From a virus (taxonomy: Duplodnaviria; Caudoviricetes): a stretch of 64,000 nucleotides of DNA. The translations under genes were made by a program, and so were the position numbers. The notes below the pieces were generated by a model, which worked only from the letters and a program-made list of their open reading frames with translations, was not told the DNA's origin and did no database searches. Position 1 is the first letter of the stretch. Each line of letters begins with the position of its first letter. The DNA is taken from positions 32,001 through 96,000 of the IMG/VR virus record IMGVR_UViG_3300021379_000005. One strand, written 5' to 3'. Shown here piece by piece: positions 59,344-64,000 of the stretch.

Positions 59344-59486
59344 AATTTATTGTTTCTCCATAATAAGTTCTTGCGTGAATTTATTTTTCACAATAGTATT
59401 CCATTGGTTAAGGTTTTAGAGGTTTAATTACCTCTATCATTATATATCACTAACAATGTCTACAACCTTGCGTTTCACGCATTTTT

Positions 59487-59513
59487 AAAAATGGGGGGCA
59501 TTGCACCCCCCAT
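59487..59513 (-). terminator. Rho-independent terminator
   Basis: ATGGGGGG-TGCAATG-CCCCCCAT followed by TTTT. Confidence 0.75.
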
Positions 59514-59518
59514 CAAAT

Positions 59519-59770
59519 TTACTCTTTAGTTGAAATAAAAGTATACAACTCTTGAGCCTTTTTCATAATGTCTTGAGGGGCGGGCATTTCTGGTTTCAAG
59601 TGTTGTGTATGTTGAACCAATTCCTCAACACTTTTATTCCATGTCTCTGCAGTCGCATTCAAAGTTTGCCAATATGTATCCATTGCCATATGGTAACTTT
59701 GTTCAGACATATCTTTTGCCATTTTTAAAACTTCTAATCTAATTTCAAATGGATTTTTATTACTCATCAT
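59519..59770 (-). CDS. Conserved hypothetical phage protein (probable start MMSNKNPFEIRLEVLKMAKD)
   Basis: RBS AAGGAG precedes the ATG near 59770, so the track's longer start at 59806 is less likely. Confidence 0.7.
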   Translation of the reverse strand: MMSNKNPFEIRLEVLKMAKDMSEQSYHMAMDTYWQTLNATAETWNKSVEELVQHTQHLKPEMPAPQDIMKKAQELYTFISTKE

Positions 59771-59846
59771 ATTTCTCCTTTTCTGTGTGATGTGTGTAAT
59801 TAGCAACTTTATAGGAAGTTGCCACCTTTATTATATAGTATGAAAC

Positions 59847-60194
59847 TCAGAATGTAAAGCGAACACCAACTGATGTATCTTCATATTCAAAGTCATGATC
59901 TGCACTAATATCACTGTAAAGAGAAAGTGCAGGAGATACTGCATATGAAACTCCCAAATTAACACCGTCAAAATTAATTGTATCAGATGCTAAGTTACGG
60001 TCATATGAAAAATCTGCCCATGGGCGCAGCACCAATCCTTGTGGAAGTGCCATTGTGTATCCTAATTCAGATGTAAATTTTTCATTTTCCAAACTATATT
60101 CAACTTCACCATCTACATGGCCTCTAATGCCTTCTGCCATTGCAGATGTGCATAAAAAAACCGCCGAAGCGGCTCCAACTAAAAACTTTGTCAT
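59847..60194 (-). CDS. Small outer-membrane beta-barrel-like protein
   Basis: Signal peptide (MTKFLVGAASAVFLCTSAMA), amphipathic beta strands and a C-terminal VGVRFTF BAM-type motif. Confidence 0.7.
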   Translation of the reverse strand: MTKFLVGAASAVFLCTSAMAEGIRGHVDGEVEYSLENEKFTSELGYTMALPQGLVLRPWADFSYDRNLASDTINFDGVNLGVSYAVSPALSLYSDISADHDFEYEDTSVGVRFTF

Positions 60195-60214
60195 TTATTA
60201 AATCCTTTTACTAT

Positions 60215-60600
60215 GACTGCGGGCCCGTTTGGTAACAAGGTGGAGCCCATACCCCGCTGATTATGCTGCTAGAGCAAATTCAGGTGCAAAGTTATCGTTT
60301 GCGTTTAGTTTTGTTCGACCGAATATCGTAGGTCAACACGGTAATCTACTCTCATCTCTACACACCTGTCGATCCTAGTTCGCCCCCATCATAAACACAC
60401 GAATAAGTAATGGCCCAAATCTATAACTTTTATAAGGATTCCCACTGTTAAATCTAAATTCGCCCCATTGAAAAGGTGTTCCTTTAAACCAACTAATCCA
60501 GTGCCAATCCCAATTCATTATATCCTCATGTGTTTATGGTGGAGGCGTTGGGTACTGCCCCCAAGTCCAGTATGCATGTTGAATCGTATCAACAATTACA
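60215..60600 (-). ncRNA. ssrA: Circularly permuted two-piece tmRNA (alphaproteobacterial type)
   Basis: Acceptor piece comes first (T-arm TTGGG-GGCAGTA-CCCAA, CGCCTCC-A-CCA ending 60537). Coding piece starts GGGGGCG at 60387, giving a G3:U alanine pair. Tag frame 60302-60261 reads ANDNFAPEFALAA*. Outer ends are approximate. Confidence 0.9.
60375..60518 (-). CDS. 47-aa Trp/Phe-rich ORF inside the tmRNA intervening segment
   Basis: GAGGA-TATA-ATG; MNWDWHWISWFKGTPFQWGEFRFNSGNPYKSYRFGPLLIRVFMMGAN*. Confidence 0.5.
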   Translation of the reverse strand: MNWDWHWISWFKGTPFQWGEFRFNSGNPYKSYRFGPLLIRVFMMGAN

Positions 60601-60604
60601 AGTT

Positions 60605-60635
60605 TATTTATACACTATTCTTTTATTTTTGTCAA
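60605..60635 (-). promoter_or_regulatory. Overlapping sigma70-type and T4 late promoter for the tmRNA
   Basis: TTGACA (60635-60630)-17 nt-TATAAA; the -10 box is part of TATAAATA (60612-60605). Confidence 0.75.
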
Positions 60636-60812
60636 GCAAAAAATAATATAAAAAATATAGTGTAATAATACAACACCAAGAAATTCATACAATACGATAT
60701 TTTCTTCTGGTGTAAATACCATTAAACTTTTTCCAAATAAACCTAAAAGGAATAAAAGGATAAAGTAAGAAACTATGGGGATACACACAAAGTACCCCCA
60801 ACTTATTTTCAT
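60615..60812 (-). CDS. Small two-TM membrane protein (65 aa)
   Basis: Hydrophobic; ATGA overlap with the endolysin stop. Confidence 0.55.
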   Translation of the reverse strand: MKISWGYFVCIPIVSYFILLFLLGLFGKSLMVFTPEENIVLYEFLGVVLLHYIFYIIFCLTKIKE

Positions 60813-61264
60813 ACCATCAGCTCAAAGTGTGGAGCGTCAATAAATGGGCGTCTTCCTTGAGAGCGCCTCAAATCAACATAGGCGTTCATGGCGTCTTCCA
60901 TGGAACCATCCCACTCTCTAATGTCATCAATGTGCCAGGCTGCGCCCCAGCGGACTGCTACACCTTCTTCTATTGCAGCGGCCTTCATTGCGTCTGCAAC
61001 TTCATCATACACATTGAGTTCCCAGACTCCACGGCCTCCAACATAAGCCATTAAGTCTACTGCAAGTCCGTCAAGATGCTTACTCTTCATTGTTTGACTT
61101 GCACCCTTAGCAACTAAAGCCTCTTGTTCTTCAAGAGTTCTTAAACCTTGGATCACTCCAAAGTCGACCTCAGTCAATTCGATAGCACGGCTGACAACTC
61201 TAACCATGTCATCATGAACACCTTCCAGTTTAGAAAGTGATCTGTTTGATAATTTAAAAGTCAT
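60809..61264 (-). CDS. M15-family peptidase endolysin (L-Ala-D-Glu peptidase type)
   Basis: LSNRSLSKLEGVH, GLRT.EEQ..LV.KGASQTM.SKHL.G.AVD, RWG..W and FIDAPHFEL. Confidence 0.9.
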   Translation of the reverse strand: MTFKLSNRSLSKLEGVHDDMVRVVSRAIELTEVDFGVIQGLRTLEEQEALVAKGASQTMKSKHLDGLAVDLMAYVGGRGVWELNVYDEVADAMKAAAIEEGVAVRWGAAWHIDDIREWDGSMEDAMNAYVDLRRSQGRRPFIDAPHFELMV

Positions 61265-61266
61265 TT

Positions 61267-61794
61267 TTAATCCTTTTCTTTGTCTTTGTCAAAATTAATT
61301 GTAATATCACTTGGAGTAAGTGACACATTATATGAGTCTGTAAAAGTGATATCAGAAGTATCTAGTGTGACATCCATATTATCGAAGGTGACAGAACCGA
61401 TGTCATAATCTCCAGTAAAAAGCAAATCATCCAACCCATTACCAGTTAATGTTATGGTATCTTCTGAATCTTCTTTTTTAGGAAATTCAACAATTTTGGC
61501 AGTGGTATCTAAACCATTAAGTCTATTATACATTTCTTCTGCACTTACAGAATATTCATCAAATAATTCTTTTCCTGCAGCAAGGTCATAGTCTTCATCG
61601 GAAACACTTTCGATATGTTGAATTTCACCTTTCTTAATCCAATCAAAACCTGCAGCGATCAAAAAGATTTCGATTTTCTCCAACACTTCACCAAGTGTTG
61701 CATCTGTCCCATCAAATGAATAAGTAACAACATCTTCTTTGCCCCCGTCATCGTGTACACTACTAAAAGTGTATTTTGTACTATAGTCTTCCAT
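61267..61794 (-). CDS. Hypothetical acidic protein (175 aa)
   Basis: RBS AGGAG; TLGEVLEKIEIFL.AAGF N-terminal motif. Confidence 0.7.
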   Translation of the reverse strand: MEDYSTKYTFSSVHDDGGKEDVVTYSFDGTDATLGEVLEKIEIFLIAAGFDWIKKGEIQHIESVSDEDYDLAAGKELFDEYSVSAEEMYNRLNGLDTTAKIVEFPKKEDSEDTITLTGNGLDDLLFTGDYDIGSVTFDNMDVTLDTSDITFTDSYNVSLTPSDITINFDKDKEKD

Positions 61795-61918
61795 TATTAA
61801 TCTCCTGAGATATTTTCATCTGTCTGTTTATATACGCCTGTCGTTGTAAATATTGCCTCATCCTTGACCTTGCGTCTCGCAATCTAATCCTTAATTGATT
61901 TATATTTGATCTTTTCAT
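61781..61918 (-). CDS. Small basic protein, 45 aa (MKRSNINQLRIRLRDARSRMRQYLQRQAYINRQMKISQEINNGRL)
   Basis: Manual translation; RBS GGAG; fills the intergenic gap. Confidence 0.5.
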   Translation of the reverse strand: MKRSNINQLRIRLRDARSRMRQYLQRQAYINRQMKISQEINNGRL

Positions 61919-61944
61919 TATATACTCCACAATTATATAGGTTA

Positions 61945-62742
61945 TCAAAAAAAACTATCAATCGTAATATCTGCCTTGTATCTTGCGATATTACTCTTAT
62001 TATGTTTTATGTCATTACTGTGAATGAATGGCATATCATCACACCATTCGTATTCTGTTTCGCCAGGCCGTTTAATTTTCCACTGCAAATCATCATCTTT
62101 TGGATACTGATTTGTCCAACAACAAGTTGAATATCTATTCATATACTTTCTATCTGTTTTTGTCAATGGATAGATATATCTGAACTGTTTACCCCATACT
62201 CTTGAAAACCCCATATCACCCATTTTGGCGTCATTTGGTCGAGGGCCATACTTCGTATCATGTCTACCCATCTCTTTCTTCATCTTCCTCTGTATAGTCC
62301 TAAAATGCACCTTCTCGCCTGTCTCAGAGACATATACATCAGACCATATAAAACCGCCGTAAAGAAAGTTTGCAGATTGGTAAACATATCCTGGCTTTCC
62401 AACTATTCCATCTGCCCAAGTATACAGATATTTTGCATCTGTATTTTCACGCATCCACTTTACCGTTTGAGATAACATTTGGGATTCGGAGTTTCTGGGC
62501 ATAGAATCATCCATGCACATCTTTCCGATCTCAAAGTAATCGGATGTAGTCAAATCTGGAAACATCTTTTTAATAGTTCCCATCGGATTAGTTCCCCATC
62601 CTAATGTTAAAACCCCAACCAACTTATCATCTAAGTGAAAACCTAGATAATGTTTAGTTAATCGAGGCATAACTGCAGAATAATGGCGTTCTGCAACAAA
62701 TACAGAAGCATTATTCTTGTGAAGGGGCCTTATATCATACAT
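61945..62742 (-). CDS. Mom-like (GNAT-fold) DNA modification protein
   Basis: FV.ERHYS, LVGVLTLG, EIGKMC.DD..PRNSES..LS and TWAD...GYVYQSANFLY.G, as in phage Mu Mom-family proteins. Confidence 0.7.
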   Translation of the reverse strand: MYDIRPLHKNNASVFVAERHYSAVMPRLTKHYLGFHLDDKLVGVLTLGWGTNPMGTIKKMFPDLTTSDYFEIGKMCMDDSMPRNSESQMLSQTVKWMRENTDAKYLYTWADGIVGKPGYVYQSANFLYGGFIWSDVYVSETGEKVHFRTIQRKMKKEMGRHDTKYGPRPNDAKMGDMGFSRVWGKQFRYIYPLTKTDRKYMNRYSTCCWTNQYPKDDDLQWKIKRPGETEYEWCDDMPFIHSNDIKHNKSNIARYKADITIDSFF

Positions 62743-63329
62743 TAAACAACCTTATAATCGCCCATAGTGGTTCGTTGTTCAACTTCATTCCACATACTTT
62801 TCTGATCTAGATAACTAATCATATTTTCTGGAGTTGTTTGAACATATGGGTCATCATCACTACCATCGTTATTGATGCCTGGCTCTTGCCACCAATGTTC
62901 AACAACCCCATCATTAATTACACACATGTATCTCCAACTACGCATACCAAAACCTAAGTGGTTTTTACCAATCAACATTCCCATGAAACGAGTAAAGTTT
63001 CCAGAACCATCTGGAATCACTTTTACATTTTGAATGTTCTGTGCCTTGGCCCATGCATTCATAACAAATGCATCGTTAACTGAAATGCAGTATACTTCGT
63101 CAATACCATAATCTTTAATCTTTGAATAATTACTCTCAAAGCCTGGCAATTGGTATGTAGAACAAGTGGGCGTAAATGCGCCGGGCAAACTGAATAAAAC
63201 TACTCTCTTACCTTTAAACAATTCATCACTTGTTACATCTTCCCATCTAAATGGGTTTGGGCCTTCGATTGATTCATCTCTAACCCTAGTTCTGAATACC
63301 ACACAAGGTGGTCTAAATCCTTCTATCAT
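62742..63329 (-). CDS. Peroxiredoxin (Prx5/Redoxin family)
   Basis: VVLFSLPGAFTPTCS..QLPG, SVNDAFVMNAW, DGSGNFT and GMRSWRY. Confidence 0.93.
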   Translation of the reverse strand: MIEGFRPPCVVFRTRVRDESIEGPNPFRWEDVTSDELFKGKRVVLFSLPGAFTPTCSTYQLPGFESNYSKIKDYGIDEVYCISVNDAFVMNAWAKAQNIQNVKVIPDGSGNFTRFMGMLIGKNHLGFGMRSWRYMCVINDGVVEHWWQEPGINNDGSDDDPYVQTTPENMISYLDQKSMWNEVEQRTTMGDYKVV

Positions 63330-63598
63330 ACAGCCGGTTCTCCTCTCATCATAAACTTTTTCTGTTTTCTAAAATCGCCCCAAACCTCACTTGCCTTAAC
63401 TCTTATAAAAGGTTTATTTGTTTCTGAGGTATTTGGGTTTGGAATTGTAAGAACTACATTCTTTCCTTGCTGCCATGCCTCTCGTTGACGAATTGCATGT
63501 GCAAGAGTTCCTTTTGGGTTTTTAGTTCTATTCTTCCGTGATACACTAGGGCGTTCGCCCTTAGATGTGTAATTCTTTCCCTTTGATTTTCCACCCAT
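63326..63598 (-). CDS. Conserved basic hypothetical phage protein (90 aa)
   Basis: YTSKGER.SV, AW..GKNVVLTIPNPN..ETNKPFIRV. Confidence 0.7.
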   Translation of the reverse strand: MGGKSKGKNYTSKGERPSVSRKNRTKNPKGTLAHAIRQREAWQQGKNVVLTIPNPNTSETNKPFIRVKASEVWGDFRKQKKFMMRGEPAV

Positions 63599-63894
63599 TA
63601 ATCTAAATCTCCATACTCTTTAAGCCTTTCAAATCGAAACGATCTCCATCCCTCTTTTTCCAAATCCCAAACAACAATAAGGTTTGGGTCTTTTTCTTTT
63701 TGAACTGATCCTTCCACCTCTACTGGGTTATCAGGCCACGGCACGATCTTCGGATTTGTCGTGCAATGCATTACTCTTAGAGTTCCGTCTGCCTTTTCGA
63801 ACACTACTCGTTGTGCCTTTTCCTGTAGTATTGCCCTTAGTGTTGGTGCGTCCAGATTTGATATTGGACTTTGTTGTTGCATTTGTTCTACCAT
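63598..63894 (-). CDS. WYL-like SH3-fold protein (DUF2693-like)
   Basis: V.FEKADGTLRVM.CT...VWDLEKEGWRSFR. Confidence 0.75.
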   Translation of the reverse strand: MVEQMQQQSPISNLDAPTLRAILQEKAQRVVFEKADGTLRVMHCTTNPKIVPWPDNPVEVEGSVQKEKDPNLIVVWDLEKEGWRSFRFERLKEYGDLD

Positions 63895-63928
63895 TATTTC
63901 TCACCTTTTTTGCATTTACATTTTTATC

Positions 63929-63957
63929 AGTATCGCATGTTTTTTTGTATAAGTCAA
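63929..63957 (-). promoter_or_regulatory. Candidate sigma70-type promoter
   Basis: TTGACT-17 nt-GATACT. Confidence 0.5.
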
Positions 63958-64000
63958 GATAAAAATTCCAATGTTTTTCAGTATCATTATATTTTGCATC

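Noticed and set aside
60537-60570. tRNA-like 3' end as a tRNA gene or prophage att site
   Set aside because: No anticodon arm; it pairs with the downstream GGGGGCG piece as part of a complete permuted tmRNA, and no integrase is present.
60468-60665. Plus-strand 65-aa ORF over the tmRNA
   Set aside because: Antisense to the tmRNA acceptor piece, with no RBS.
1-64000. Alternative genetic code, introns or inteins
   Set aside because: Core genes translate full-length with the standard code, and no Hint or homing-endonuclease motifs were recognised.

Overview
AT-rich 64-kb segment of a large T4-like (myovirus) phage genome; no bacterial housekeeping context, integrase or CRISPR is visible. Positions 1-48 kb are a minus-strand late/virion region: the baseplate operon gp48-gp53-gp27-like-gp5-gp25-gp6-gp7-gp8, a VrlC-like protein, fibre/adhesin genes, three large paralogous virion proteins, a 1663-aa acidic repeat protein and a partial GG-domain protein. 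Positions 48.1-53.6 kb are a plus-strand block: gp4, gp2, gp54-like, gp26, gp51, a small membrane protein and a tape-measure-like protein. Positions 53.6-64 kb are minus-strand replication/accessory genes: DUF1127 cassette, gp32, gp59, gp33, exonuclease, PhoH, a small OMP, a tmRNA, an M15 endolysin, a Mom-like enzyme and a peroxiredoxin. T4-type late promoters (TATAAATA) and sigma70-type promoters (TTGACA-17-TATAxT) are readable. The best leads are: (1) a circularly permuted, alphaproteobacterial-type tmRNA whose long intervening segment holds an unannotated 47-codon ORF with its own RBS; (2) a candidate -1 frameshift fusing gp26 to gp51 just upstream of the tape measure gene; (3) a three-member paralogous virion protein family with swapped insertions; (4) a giant acidic protein built on a 14-residue register. 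An alphaproteobacterial host is inferred. All family assignments come from motif recognition by eye, not database searches.
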